Source of the DNA: Myxococcota bacterium
Lineage (GTDB): Bacteria; Myxococcota_A; UBA9160; UBA4427
Assembly (NCBI GenBank): GCA_039187915.1
Contig: JBCCZJ010000002.1
Location: 1-38,016, forward strand
Direction of reading: 5' to 3'
Length of the DNA: 38,016 nucleotides
In this document: piece by piece, positions 16,323-25,917 of the stretch
How positions within the stretch are numbered: the first letter of the stretch is position 1
How the letters are laid out: the number at the start of each line of letters is the position of its first letter
Translations under genes and position numbers: made by a program
The notes under the pieces: generated by a model
Database searches by the model: none
The model's input: the letters and a program-made list of their open reading frames with translations, nothing else
Told to the model about the DNA's origin: nothing

Positions 16323-16661
16323 TCAAGCGTCGTCGAACTCGGCGAGCTGCTCTTTCGAGGCCTGGGCGCGCCAGGCGGCTTCGAAGAGGGCCCGGGCCTG
16401 CGTCTTCCTGAGCTTCGACGTGCGCGCGAGGACCCAGGGCAGACCTTCGTAGTGGTCGATGACGTAGAAGACCTTCGGGTCCATCTCGATCAGCGCCTCC
16501 TGCTCGTCGACGCTCTCGACCCGCATGACGAGGGCGGGCTCTCTCTGATGGACGCGAACGAGGAGCTTCTTGCGGACCTTGAAGGCCGGCGTTCCGTAGG
16601 ACGAACTCTCCTCGACGCCCGGATAGGCGAGGAAGAGTTCGCAGAGCTTCTCCCAGGTCAC
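16323..16661 (-). CDS. MmcQ/YjbR-family protein
   Basis: VTWEKLCELFLAYPGVEESSSYGTPAFKVRKKLLVRVHQ...FYVIDHYEGLPWVLAR. GTG at 16661 lies 11 nt after the dgkA stop. Everything upstream in the track ORF is another frame's junk. Confidence 0.7.
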   Translation of the reverse strand: MTWEKLCELFLAYPGVEESSSYGTPAFKVRKKLLVRVHQREPALVMRVESVDEQEALIEMDPKVFYVIDHYEGLPWVLARTSKLRKTQARALFEAAWRAQASKEQLAEFDDA

Positions 16662-16672
16662 GCCTAGCGCCG

Positions 16673-17047
16673 TCAGGCGCTCGCCGCGAGGGCGGCGACG
16701 CGATGGCCGAAGACGAGGACGGCGATCACGACGGCGGCGAGCGACGCGATCAGGACCGCGCCGGCCGCGACGTCCTTGGCGCGTCCGATCTCGGCGTTCT
16801 GTTCGGGCGAGACGACGTCGCAGATCGCTTCGATCGCGGTATTCACCGCTTCGAGCGCGAGGACGGCGCTCATCGTGAGGACGAGGATCATCCATTCGAA
16901 GCGCGGCAGGCCGATCGCGAGACCGGCGAGGGTCACGAGGATCGCGCTCGAGACGTGGAAGCGCGCGTTGAACTCGGTCCGATACATCGAGGCGAGGCCG
17001 CGAAAGGCGTGACCGAAGGTGCGCGCGGACGGAAGGAGTCTCGCCAT
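16673..17047 (-). CDS. dgkA: Diacylglycerol kinase, prokaryotic DgkA family
   Basis: 124 aa with three TM helices. FRGLASMYRTEFNARFH...ALEAVNTAIEAICD...AKDVAAGAVL matches the DgkA family pattern. Confidence 0.85.
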   Translation of the reverse strand: MARLLPSARTFGHAFRGLASMYRTEFNARFHVSSAILVTLAGLAIGLPRFEWMILVLTMSAVLALEAVNTAIEAICDVVSPEQNAEIGRAKDVAAGAVLIASLAAVVIAVLVFGHRVAALAASA

Positions 17048-17089
17048 CGCGACAGCGTAGCGGGTCGCGGAACTCTGCCCAGGCGCGGC

Positions 17090-18217
17090 CTAGCGTCCCG
17101 GCGCGGTCGGATCGATCGTCTCGGGGAAGTAGCGATTGGTCTTCGCCTCGATCGCGTCGCCTTCCCCGCGCGTCAGCACCAGGGCCGCGACCTCCCACTC
17201 GTCCGCCAGCGCGAGCCCTTCCGTTTCGCCGAGCACCATGAGCGCGGTCGCCCAGGCGTCCGCTTCCGCCGCGGACGTGGCGATCACGGTCGTCGCGGCG
17301 GGTCCGTCCTCGACCGGACGTCCGGTGCGTGGGTCGATCGTATGGGAGATGCGCTGCTCCCCTTCGCGATAGAAGATCCGATAGTCGCCCGAGCTCGCCA
17401 TGCCCTGGTTGGAGAGTTCGACGATCGACTGGATCGCACGTCCCTCGTCCTGCGGCTTCTCGATCGCGAGTCGCCACGGCCCGCCGCCGGGGCGCTGGCC
17501 AGCCGCGTAGACCTCGCCGCCGATCTCGACGAGGAAGTCCTCGCGGCCGAGGTCGAAGAGTCCGTGCGCGAGATGGTCGACGCCGAAGCCCTTGGCGATC
17601 GAGGAGAGATCGATCTGGACCTCCGGGTCGTTCTTGCGAAGGAAGCCCTGTCCGCCCGGCGCGCCGCGGCCGATGCGGAGCAGCCGTGCGCCCATGTGGC
17701 CGAGGGCTTCGGCGATCTCGGCGTCGCTCGGCGGTGCTCCGATCCGCGCGCCGTTCCCGAAGCCCCAGAGGCCGACCAGCGGCCCGACCGAGATGTCGTA
17801 GGCGCCGCCCGTCCATTTGCAGAGCTCGACGGCGAAGGCGACGAGGCCCGCCGTCTCGTAGGACACGGGGAAGGGCTGCGTCGACGCATGGGCGTTGAAG
17901 CGCGAGACCTCGGATTCGGGATTCCACGACGACATCCAGTCGTCGACTTCGGAGAGACGCTCATCCGCCATCTTGAGGACGTCGCGCTCGAGGCGGTCTC
18001 CGAGTCCGTCGCCCGCCACCCGGATCTGATAGGTGGTGCCCATCGTCTCTCCCGTCACGACCAGGACTTCGGGCGCGTCGGGATCGTCGGCGAAGTAGAG
18101 GCGATGGACGGAGAGCGCGGTCAGGAGCGCGAAGGCGATCGCGATCATGCGGAGCGTGTGTGCGTCGATGACGAGCCGCGGCGGAGGCATCGCGCAGAGT
18201 CTCGCGCGGGTGCCCAA
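17090..18217 (-). CDS. apbE: FAD:protein FMN transferase ApbE (canonical copy)
   Basis: TMGTTYQIRV, ISVGPLVGLWGFG, DLSSIAKGFGVD, MASSGDYR, SHTIDPRTGRP and AEADAWATALMVLG. TTG start at 18217; ATG at 18190 is an alternative. Downstream of nqrF. Confidence 0.9.
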   Translation of the reverse strand: MGTRARLCAMPPPRLVIDAHTLRMIAIAFALLTALSVHRLYFADDPDAPEVLVVTGETMGTTYQIRVAGDGLGDRLERDVLKMADERLSEVDDWMSSWNPESEVSRFNAHASTQPFPVSYETAGLVAFAVELCKWTGGAYDISVGPLVGLWGFGNGARIGAPPSDAEIAEALGHMGARLLRIGRGAPGGQGFLRKNDPEVQIDLSSIAKGFGVDHLAHGLFDLGREDFLVEIGGEVYAAGQRPGGGPWRLAIEKPQDEGRAIQSIVELSNQGMASSGDYRIFYREGEQRISHTIDPRTGRPVEDGPAATTVIATSAAEADAWATALMVLGETEGLALADEWEVAALVLTRGEGDAIEAKTNRYFPETIDPTAPGR

Positions 18218-18242
18218 TGCGCGAAAGAGGGTCGCAACGAGA

Positions 18243-18275
18243 AAGGGCGGACCCGACCGAGTCGGATCCGCCCTT
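18243..18275 (-). terminator. Strong hairpin between nqrF and apbE; likely intrinsic terminator or attenuator
   Basis: Minus-strand RNA reads AAGGGCGGAUCCGAC-UCG-GUCGGGUCCGCCCUU followed by UCUCGUU. The 15-bp stem has one G-U pair on the minus transcript, which would be a C-A mismatch on the plus transcript. Confidence 0.6.
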
Positions 18276-18343
18276 CATGCGTGCGCTTCGGCGGAGCGGC
18301 CGTTCAGGAAAGCCGCGGCTGACCACCGATGCGGATGCCGTGG

Positions 18344-19573
18344 CTAGCCACCAAAGTCGTCGAACATCACGTTCTCCGGCTCGACGCCGAGGTCGGTGAG
18401 CATCTTGATGACCGCGTCGTTCATCATGGGCGGACCGCAGATGTAGTACTCGCAGTCCTCCGGCGACGGGTGGTCCTTCAGGTAGTTGTCGTAGAGCACC
18501 TGATGGATGAAGCCGGTGTAGCCCTCGAAGTTGTCCTCGGGCAGCGGGTCCGAGAGCGCGAGATGCCATTCGAAGTTGTCGTTCTCGTCGGCGATCTTGT
18601 CGAAGTGATCCACGTAGAACGCTTCGCGCAGCGACCGGGCGCCGTACCAGAACGAGACCTTTCGGTCCGTGTGGATCCGGCGGAACTGGTCGAAGATGTG
18701 CGAGCGCATCGGGGCCATGCCCGCGCCGCCGCCGATGAAGATCATCTCGTTGTCGGTCGGCTTGGCGAAGAACTCGCCGAAGGGACCGGAGATCATCACC
18801 TCGTCGCCCGGCTTCAGGTTGAAGATGTAGGAGGACATCTGGCCCGGCGGGATGCCTTCGGGGCCGCGCGGCGGCGGCGAGGCGATCCGGACGTTGAGCA
18901 TGATGATGCCCTCTTCCTCCGGGTAGTTCGCCATCGAGTACGCGCGCGTCACCGTCTCGTTCACCGTCGACACGTATCGCCAGACGTCGAACTGGTCCCA
19001 GTCGCCGTGGTACTCCTCCTCGACGGCGAAGTCCTTGTAGTTGACCGTATGCGGGGGGCACTCGATCTGGATGTAGCCGCCCGCGCGGAAGGGGACGCTC
19101 TCGCCTACGGGAAGCTCGAGGACGAGCTCCTTGATGAAGGTGGCGACGTTCTCGTTCGACCGGACCTTGCACTTCCAGCGTCGTACGCCGAAGACCTCGT
19201 CCGGGATCTCGATCTCCATGTCCTCCTTGACCTTGACCTGGCAGGACAACCGGCATCCCTCGCGGGCCTCGCCGCGGTTGATGTGGCCGGTCTCCGTCGG
19301 GAGGATCGAACCGCCGCCCTCGCGGACGGTGACGCGGCAGACGCCGCAGGTCCCCTGGCCGCCGCAGGCGGAGGGGATGAAGATCTGGTTGTTCGCCAGC
19401 GTGTTGAGCAGCGTGCTGCCGGCGGCGGTGGTGAGCGCCTTGTCCGGATCGCCGTTGATCAGGATCTTGACGTCGCCGCTCGCGACGAGTCGCGAGCGGG
19501 CGAACATGAGCACCGCCACGAGGGCGACGACCACCCCCGTGAACGTCGCTACGCCTGCAAATACCGTTTCCAT
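18344..19573 (-). CDS. nqrF: Na+-translocating NADH:quinone reductase subunit F
   Basis: N-terminal TM segment, 2Fe-2S motif [12 protein letters not shown], then an FAD/NADH-binding domain (RAYSMANY..., [11 protein letters not shown]). Confidence 0.95.
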   Translation of the reverse strand: METVFAGVATFTGVVVALVAVLMFARSRLVASGDVKILINGDPDKALTTAAGSTLLNTLANNQIFIPSACGGQGTCGVCRVTVREGGGSILPTETGHINRGEAREGCRLSCQVKVKEDMEIEIPDEVFGVRRWKCKVRSNENVATFIKELVLELPVGESVPFRAGGYIQIECPPHTVNYKDFAVEEEYHGDWDQFDVWRYVSTVNETVTRAYSMANYPEEEGIIMLNVRIASPPPRGPEGIPPGQMSSYIFNLKPGDEVMISGPFGEFFAKPTDNEMIFIGGGAGMAPMRSHIFDQFRRIHTDRKVSFWYGARSLREAFYVDHFDKIADENDNFEWHLALSDPLPEDNFEGYTGFIHQVLYDNYLKDHPSPEDCEYYICGPPMMNDAVIKMLTDLGVEPENVMFDDFGG

Positions 19574-19661
19574 AGAGCGAGCCTCCTTGGCTCATCAGGG
19601 CTGTACGCTCGGCCCCAAGAGAGCGCCTGCGGCCCAAGGGCGCGAACGCGCCCGAGGTCGA

Positions 19662-20258
19662 TCAGAGCTGAATGCCCGAGAAGGCCATGAAGCCGATGGA
19701 CATCAAGCCGACCGTGATGAAGGTGATGCCGAGGCCGCGGAGCGGCCCGGGAACGTTGCTGTATCGCATCTTCTCTCGAATCGCGGCGAGGGCGGCGATC
19801 GCGAGAAGCCAGCCGATCCCCGAACCGATGCCGAAGACCGTCGCCTCGCCGAGCGAGTACGCCCGCTCCTGCATGAAGAGCGAAGCGCCCAGGATCGCGC
19901 AGTTCACCGCGATCAGCGGCAGGAAGATGCCGAGCGCGTTGTAGAGCTCGGGCATGAACCGATCGAGCGCCATCTCGACGATCTGCACCGCCGCCGCGAT
20001 CGTCCCGATGAAGGTCAGGAACTTCAGGAAGTCGAGGCTGACGCCACTGACGATCGCTCCCTCTTCGAGCAGGACGCCGAAGAGGAACTGATTCAGCGGG
20101 CAGGTGATCGCGAGGACGAAGACGACCGCGAGACCGAGACCGATGGCCTGTTCGACCTTCTTGGAGACGGCCAGGAAAGAGCACATCCCCAGGAAGAAGG
20201 CCAAGGCCATGTTTTCAACGAAGATGGCCTTCGTTGCTAAGCTCAAGTAGTGCTCCAA
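19662..20258 (-). CDS. nqrE: Na+-NQR subunit E
   Basis: [34 protein letters not shown]... is a close NqrE pattern. TTG start lies 7 nt after GAGGAG. Confidence 0.95.
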   Translation of the reverse strand: MEHYLSLATKAIFVENMALAFFLGMCSFLAVSKKVEQAIGLGLAVVFVLAITCPLNQFLFGVLLEEGAIVSGVSLDFLKFLTFIGTIAAAVQIVEMALDRFMPELYNALGIFLPLIAVNCAILGASLFMQERAYSLGEATVFGIGSGIGWLLAIAALAAIREKMRYSNVPGPLRGLGITFITVGLMSIGFMAFSGIQL

Positions 20259-20889
20259 CGTGGAACTCCTCTTCGATCTGTTCGGGCTTCCACGAGCGCA
20301 CGGCCCAGATGAAGCATCCGATGAGGAAGAAAGCGGCGGGCGCCAGGACCATCAGCCCGTTGGTCACGTACCAGCCACCCTCGTTGACGGGGTGGAGGAT
20401 CGTGAAGCCGAAGAGCTTGCCGGTACCGAAGAGCTCGCGGAAGAACGCGACGGCGATCAGGACGATCGAGTAGCCGACGCCGTTCGCGAAGCCGTCGATC
20501 GCCGAGAGGCGGACCGGGTTCTGCATGGCGAAGGCTTCGGCGCGACCCATCACGATGCAGTTCGTGATGATCAGGCCGACGAAGACCGAGAGCTGCTGGG
20601 CGATGTCGTAGACGAACGCCTTCAGGATCTGGTCCGTGATGATCACGAGGCTCGCGATCACCGTCAGCTGGACGATGATGCGGATCGAGCCCGGGATGCG
20701 GTTGCGCATCGCCGAGATCGCGACGTTCGAGAGCGTGCAGACCGCGATCACCGCCAGGCTCATCACGACCGCCGTCTCCATCTTCGTCGTGACGGCGAGC
20801 GCCGAGCAGATCCCGAGGACCTGGAGGGCGATCGGGTTGTTGTTGAAGAGCGGGTCGATCATCGCTTCGCGCGCGTCGGAATCGGCCAT
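20215..20889 (-). CDS. nqrD: Na+-NQR subunit D
   Basis: [27 protein letters not shown]...[17 protein letters not shown] is the NqrD/RnfE pattern. Confidence 0.95.
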   Translation of the reverse strand: MADSDAREAMIDPLFNNNPIALQVLGICSALAVTTKMETAVVMSLAVIAVCTLSNVAISAMRNRIPGSIRIIVQLTVIASLVIITDQILKAFVYDIAQQLSVFVGLIITNCIVMGRAEAFAMQNPVRLSAIDGFANGVGYSIVLIAVAFFRELFGTGKLFGFTILHPVNEGGWYVTNGLMVLAPAAFFLIGCFIWAVRSWKPEQIEEEFHVGALLELSNEGHLR

Positions 20890-20982
20890 CTTTTCTGCTC
20901 CTGGGTGGGATCGTCTGGGTGGTTGTTCGGAAAGATCGTGAAGAGAAGCCGCCGAGCGCCCGCGGGCGGCGGGGCGAGCGGT

Positions 20983-21762
20983 CTAGACGCCGGCGGTCGC
21001 GCGGTACTGGTCGAGGTAGGGGCCGAAGCCGTCGTCCCCGATCCAGAAGCGGACCAGATTGGTCACGCCGCGACTGGTGATCGTGGCGCCGGAGAGGCCG
21101 TCGACCTGGTAGGGGTCGTCTTCGACCGAGCCGGCGATGCCCTTCTTGACGGCGATCGCGGGCTTCCCGCGGTCGTCGAACGCGAGTCGGCCGGGCCACA
21201 GCGCCTTCCAGCGCGGGTTGTCGACCTCGCCGCCGAGACCGGGGGTCTCGCCGTGTTCGTAGAACGTGATGCCGCGGTTCGTGCGCGCGTCGGGTTCGAG
21301 GGCCAGGTAGCCGTAGAGGAAGCCCCAGAGTCCGTAGCCCTCGATCGGCAGGATCAGTCCCTTCAGCTCCCCGTCCTGGACGATGTCGAAGACGACGACC
21401 TCGTTCGGGAGGCGCAGGATCTTCGACGCGTTCTCCGGAGCGACGATGCTCGTGTCGGGCGCCGTCGTGGCCTTGCGCTGGTCGTAGTTGGCGACGTCGA
21501 CGTCCGGCGCGAGATCGCCGCTCTCGAGCACGATGGCCTTCGGCTGGATCGAGGACGTGTAGAGCGCTTCCACTTCGTCGGCGGAGAGACCCGCGTCGGC
21601 GTCCATCAGGCCCGCGACGGTCAGGACCTTCTTCTGGACGTCGAGGCGCTTGTTCGCCTCCTGGCGATCCCGGAGACCGACCGCCGAGCCCGCCACGAAG
21701 AGCGAGGCGACGAGACAGACGGTGGCCGCGAAGCCGATGATGTAGCCGGTACTATGCTGCAT
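20983..21762 (-). CDS. nqrC: Na+-NQR subunit C
   Basis: N-terminal TM anchor and the FMN attachment motif [12 protein letters not shown]. Confidence 0.9.
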   Translation of the reverse strand: MQHSTGYIIGFAATVCLVASLFVAGSAVGLRDRQEANKRLDVQKKVLTVAGLMDADAGLSADEVEALYTSSIQPKAIVLESGDLAPDVDVANYDQRKATTAPDTSIVAPENASKILRLPNEVVVFDIVQDGELKGLILPIEGYGLWGFLYGYLALEPDARTNRGITFYEHGETPGLGGEVDNPRWKALWPGRLAFDDRGKPAIAVKKGIAGSVEDDPYQVDGLSGATITSRGVTNLVRFWIGDDGFGPYLDQYRATAGV

Positions 21763-22972
21763 AGCGCGCTTCCCTTCGCCGGATGTTGGCCTGCACGAAG
21801 TAGTGGTCGATCAGCGGGGCGAACATGTTCATGAACAGGATCGCGAGCATCATGCCTTCCGGGTACGCCGGATTGACGACGCGGATCAGGACGACGAGCA
21901 CCCCGATCAGTCCGCCGTAGATCAGCTTGCCGGAATTGGTGAACGCCGAGCTGACGGGATCGGTCGCCATGAAGACCATGCCGAACGCCCAGCCGCCGAG
22001 CACCGCGTGCCAGTACCACGGGACGCCGAACATCGGGTTCGTATCCGAGCCGACGACGTTCAGCAGGCCGGCCATCGCGATCGTGCCGGCGACGACGCCC
22101 GCCATCGTCCGCCAGGAGCCGATCCCGGTCCAGATCAGGAGGCCCGCGCCGAGCAGCGCGGCCAGCGTGGACGTTTCGCCCATCGAGCCGGGCACGAAGC
22201 CGAGGAACGCGTCCATCCAGCTCGCGTCCGCCAGCGCGGACTCGCCGCCGACCGCGGCCGCGGCCAGCCAGGTCGCGCCCGAGAAGCCGTCGACGCCGGC
22301 GAAGTCCGCTGCGATCCACGCCGCGTCGCCGCTCAGCGCGGCGGGGTAGGCGAAGAAGAGGAAGGCGCGGGCCGTGAGCGCCGGGTTCAGGAAGTTCATG
22401 CCGGTCCCGCCGAAGATCTCCTTCGCGAAGACCGTCCCGAAGAGCGTGCCGAGCACGACCATCCAGAGCGGGATCGTCGGCGGAAGCGTCAGCGGGATCA
22501 GCATGCCGGTCACGAGGAAGCCCTCGTTGATCTCGTGCTTGCGGATCATCGCCGTCAGGGGCTCGGCGATCCCGCCGGTCGCCATCGACGCGACCACGAC
22601 GGGGATGTAGTGGAGCGCGCCGTAGAAAGTGCAGAGCAGCGGGTTCTTGAAGTTCCAGGAGAACCCGATCGCCTCGTAGATCCAGGTCTGCCAGGTGTCG
22701 AGCGGGACCGCGCCCGAGGCGATCGCCAGTAGCGCCTGGTAGCCGGTGTTGTACATCGCCATGCCCATGCAGGGCAGCAGCGCGAACACGACCGTGATCA
22801 TCAGCCGCTTGTTGTCGAGGCCGTCGCGGACGTGGGACGCGGTCCGCGTGACCTCGCCCGGGGTGAAGAGGCCGGTGAACTGGGCCTCCCAGAGCGGGTA
22901 GAAGAATTCGAGCTTCCCGCCCTTTTCGAAGTGGTGCTTGACGTTGAGATGGGCGTCCTTCAGGAACTGCAT
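21752..22972 (-). CDS. nqrB: Na+-NQR subunit B
   Basis: Polytopic membrane protein with FMN attachment motif [12 protein letters not shown]-terminus [17 protein letters not shown] is typical of NqrB. Confidence 0.95.
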   Translation of the reverse strand: MQFLKDAHLNVKHHFEKGGKLEFFYPLWEAQFTGLFTPGEVTRTASHVRDGLDNKRLMITVVFALLPCMGMAMYNTGYQALLAIASGAVPLDTWQTWIYEAIGFSWNFKNPLLCTFYGALHYIPVVVASMATGGIAEPLTAMIRKHEINEGFLVTGMLIPLTLPPTIPLWMVVLGTLFGTVFAKEIFGGTGMNFLNPALTARAFLFFAYPAALSGDAAWIAADFAGVDGFSGATWLAAAAVGGESALADASWMDAFLGFVPGSMGETSTLAALLGAGLLIWTGIGSWRTMAGVVAGTIAMAGLLNVVGSDTNPMFGVPWYWHAVLGGWAFGMVFMATDPVSSAFTNSGKLIYGGLIGVLVVLIRVVNPAYPEGMMLAILFMNMFAPLIDHYFVQANIRRREARYAA

Positions 22973-22979
22973 GGCTCCC

Positions 22980-24368
22980 CTAGCCCTCCTTCTCGATGAG
23001 TTCGAGGTTCTGCCGCAAGAGGGGCCCGTAGTTGACCTTGCCAGGACAGACGTAGGTGCAGAGCGCCAGGTCCTCTTCGTCGAGTTCGAGGACGCCCAGG
23101 CTCTCGGCCCGCTCCGTGTCTCCGACTATAAGCGCGCGAAGCAGGAACGTCGGCATGAGGTCCATCGGCATGACCTGCTCGTACTGGCCGATCGGAACCA
23201 TTGCGCGCTGACTGCCGTTGGTATTGGTGGTGAACCGGTAGCGGGCCGGCTTGAATACCTTCGAGAGATAGATTCCCGCGAGGGAGAACATGTCCGCGCC
23301 GGGCGTGAGCCAGCCCATGAAGACGTTCTCCCGGTCCTCTTCGAGCAGACTGATCTGACGCTCGTAGCGACCGAGGAAGTCGAAGGCTTCGCCGTGCGTG
23401 CGCTTGCCGGAGATCGCAGAGCCCGAGATCGTGCGGATCTCCGCGTCGATTCCGGCGACGTCTTCCTCGACGGCTTCGCTCACGCAGGCGCCGAGCCGCG
23501 AGTGGACCAGGCGGGGATCGTCGACGACGGGTCCGCCGATCGAGATCACGCGGGCGACGTCGAGGCGTCCGGTTCGGCAGAGGGCGCCGACGGCGGTGAC
23601 GTCCTGGTAACCGATGTACCAGGCGCTTCGCTCGCGGTTCACCGGGCGCACCGCATGGATGTGGTAGCCGGGCGTTCCCGCCGGATGCGGCCCCGCGAAG
23701 GACTGGATCTTCAGGTTCGCCGGCTTGTCGTCGCCGAAGACGTCGGCCAGCTCGGAGTGCTCCGCGACGCAGAGATGCGTCGGCGCGTCGAGCAGGCGAA
23801 CGAGGAGCGTGACGCCGAGGCGGAAGTCGTCGAGTCGATCCTCGAGGACGACCTCCGGGAGCGGCGCGTGCGGGTTGGTGTCCATCGCGGTGATGAAGAG
23901 CGCGTCGGCCTGGCTCTCCGGCGAGGGGACCTTGCTGAAGGGGCGGACGCGGATCGCCGTCCACAGGCCGGACTCGACGAGCAGCGCACGGAGCTGCTCA
24001 CCGGAGAGGTCCGTGCCCGTCGGGTTCTCGAAGGTCTGGAACTCGTCGTCGCCGGGGTTGCCTTCTCGCTCGCCCTCGGAGAGCTCGATGACCACCGACT
24101 GCAGCGCGCGCTTGTCGCCGCGGTTGATCGCGAGGACGCGGCCGGCGCCGGGCGCCGTGTGCAGCACGCCGGGCATCTTGCGGTCTTCGAAGAGGAGCTG
24201 GCCGCGCTTCACGGTGTCGCCGGCGGCGACGTGCATGCGCGGCTTCATGCCGGGGAAGTCGTCGGCCATCACGGCGACGCGCGAACAGGGGGACGTACCG
24301 CGAACGACCTGGAGCGGCTTCCCTGGAATCGGGAGGTCGAGGCCCTTCTCGATCTTGTGCAGTGCCAT
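22980..24368 (-). CDS. nqrA: Na+-NQR subunit A
   Basis: [18 protein letters not shown]...[57 protein letters not shown] is the NqrA N-terminal pattern. First gene of the operon. Confidence 0.95.
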   Translation of the reverse strand: MALHKIEKGLDLPIPGKPLQVVRGTSPCSRVAVMADDFPGMKPRMHVAAGDTVKRGQLLFEDRKMPGVLHTAPGAGRVLAINRGDKRALQSVVIELSEGEREGNPGDDEFQTFENPTGTDLSGEQLRALLVESGLWTAIRVRPFSKVPSPESQADALFITAMDTNPHAPLPEVVLEDRLDDFRLGVTLLVRLLDAPTHLCVAEHSELADVFGDDKPANLKIQSFAGPHPAGTPGYHIHAVRPVNRERSAWYIGYQDVTAVGALCRTGRLDVARVISIGGPVVDDPRLVHSRLGACVSEAVEEDVAGIDAEIRTISGSAISGKRTHGEAFDFLGRYERQISLLEEDRENVFMGWLTPGADMFSLAGIYLSKVFKPARYRFTTNTNGSQRAMVPIGQYEQVMPMDLMPTFLLRALIVGDTERAESLGVLELDEEDLALCTYVCPGKVNYGPLLRQNLELIEKEG

Positions 24369-25207
24369 GCTTGCTCGTTTGTATGGGCCATGGGCCGGCC
24401 CGTGCTAGGTCCGCTTCTCCCGGGGGCCACGATCGGCGAGATCGGGACCGGGAATCCACCGGCGTCATGCAGTGGAAGCGGACGACTCGTGTTCCGTGAG
24501 GAAGCTCAAATGAACGTCGTGAACGATGTCAGGTTGTACGCCGCAACAAACGTCGCGCCCGGCCTTAGGCGGCCGGTTTCGGCGGCCAGGCTCGAGCGCT
24601 CCCCGGGGCTCGCCAGTCGGCTCGCGGCGCGGCGTCCGAGCGCGCCTCCTACCGGTAGTGACGGGCGTAAGGGATTGATCTCGAAAGGCTTCTGGCCTCC
24701 GGGACGCGGCAGAGAGTAGAGAGCTGCCGGGGTTCTTTCAACCAGACTGCGTAGGGATGTACCGGACGCTTTTGTACTCTCGGCGCCCTGTCGGCTTCGC
24801 CTTCGGGGTTTTCGCATCGCCCCGTGAAACGCCGCGATTGGATGCAGGCGCACGTCGGAAGAAGCCGGGAGCGCGGCGCGGTGAACGCTCCGCTGGAGGT
24901 CGTGGGAAACCCGGCGCGGCGCGAAGCGAGGATTGGTGCGCGTCGGAGGGGGAGGGTACGATGGAGAGTGCAGCAGATCGCTGCACCTGATTCCGGCGCG
25001 ACGTCCGAACGCGCCGCCCCCGGCTCCGCACGTCGACCGATCCTGCGTGCGAGGCCCTCGCCAGAGAGACCCGAAGAGGATTCGAGCCCGACGACGCGAC
25101 GCCCACGATCCGACGACAGCGCCGACTCGCCTGTGTCCCTCGAGGCTTCGAGGGATCAGACGCCGCCCGGGCCGATCCTGCTTCGAGCCATCGAGCAAGG
25201 AGGTCCC

Positions 25208-25669
25208 ATGAGAGAACCCAACCGAATCCTGACCGCCCAGGATCTGATGACCGCGGGGCTGGTCACGTTCAGGCCGGACCAGACGGTCCTCGAGGCGATC
25301 GAATCCCTCACCAAACACGGCGTCTCCGGCGCGCCCGTCGTCGACCGGGAAGGACGGCTGGTCGGGATCCTCTCCGAGCTCGACTGTCTCCGGATGCTCG
25401 CGTCCGACGAGTTCTACCAGGACGAGCAGGAAGAGAACGCGCGGGTCGAGCAGTTCATGACGCGCGTCTTCAAGACGATCCCCCCGGAGCTGGGGATCTA
25501 TGCGATCTCCCACTACTTCCTCACGCTGCCGATCCGCCGCCTGCCGGTGGTCGATCACGGGCGGTTGGTGGGGCAGGTCAGTCGACGCGACGTGCTCCGC
25601 GGCATGGAAGAAATGAGCCGCAAGCGCCTCGTCCGGAAGCGCTACCCGGACTACCTCCAGCCGGCCTAG
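25208..25669 (+). CDS. Stand-alone CBS-domain-pair protein
   Basis: ATG at 25208 follows AAGGAGG. Two CBS motifs (TAQDLMT...GVSGAPVVDREGRLVGILSELD and VEQFMT...RRLPVVDHGRLVGQVSRRDV). The in-frame upstream extension in the track (from 24824) is Arg-rich and looks non-coding. Confidence 0.8.
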   Translation: MREPNRILTAQDLMTAGLVTFRPDQTVLEAIESLTKHGVSGAPVVDREGRLVGILSELDCLRMLASDEFYQDEQEENARVEQFMTRVFKTIPPELGIYAISHYFLTLPIRRLPVVDHGRLVGQVSRRDVLRGMEEMSRKRLVRKRYPDYLQPA

Positions 25670-25683
25670 GTCTCCGACCCTTC

Positions 25684-25704
25684 TCCGTCCCCCGTCCCCC
25701 GTCC
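25684..25704. repeat. (CCGTCCC)x3 perfect tandem heptamer just after the CBS gene stop
   Basis: Read directly from the sequence. It is followed about 15 nt later by a partly complementary G-rich run GGCGGGGCGGGCG (25719-25731), then a perfect GCCGCCG-TTC-CGGCGGC hairpin at 25751-25767. Confidence 0.8.
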
Positions 25705-25829
25705 CCTGCTCGCTGCTCAGGCGGGGCGGGCGTCGAGGGAGGGGCGCAGTCGCCGCCGTTCCGGCGGCCGCGCGTTCTCGGGACCGCGAGGAGCCCCTGA
25801 AACACCTCGCCCTCGGGGCTCAAATTTTT

Positions 25830-25905
25830 TGGGAAGAATTCCCATTTTTCGAGAATCGTTCGACCGAAGCGTGGTATCTCAGAAATAAATGGGAAAAACG
25901 CCCAT
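25830..25905 (+). promoter_or_regulatory. Two copies of a 16-bp dyad TGGGAA-N5-CCCAT (25830-25845 and 25890-25905) in the AT-richest segment of the window; putative operator pair and promoter region of the peroxidase gene
   Basis: TGGGAAGAATTCCCAT and TGGGAAAAACGCCCAT are 13/16 identical, each has TGGG-N7-CCCA symmetry, and their starts are 60 bp apart. The second copy ends 12 nt before the ATG and abuts the GGAG RBS. Confidence 0.5.
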
Positions 25906-25917
25906 TCTGGAGATTCC

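Noticed and set aside
24963-25016. TPP-riboswitch-like string (GGAGA, then a hairpin, then CCTGAT, then a hairpin)
   Set aside because: It lacks the CUGAGA, ACCC...GAACCUGAUC and CG-AGGGA core elements. No thiamine-related gene lies downstream. The resemblance is limited to CCUGAU and two generic GC hairpins.
25077-25089. tRNA T-arm-like GGATTCGAGCCC
   Set aside because: The flanking bases cannot form the T stem, and no acceptor, D or anticodon arms can be drawn. No tRNA is present in the window.
24824-25207. In-frame 128-codon N-terminal extension of the CBS protein
   Set aside because: The extension is Arg/Pro/Ser-rich low complexity. ATG 25208 has a strong AAGGAGG RBS and yields a standard CBS-pair protein of about 150 aa.
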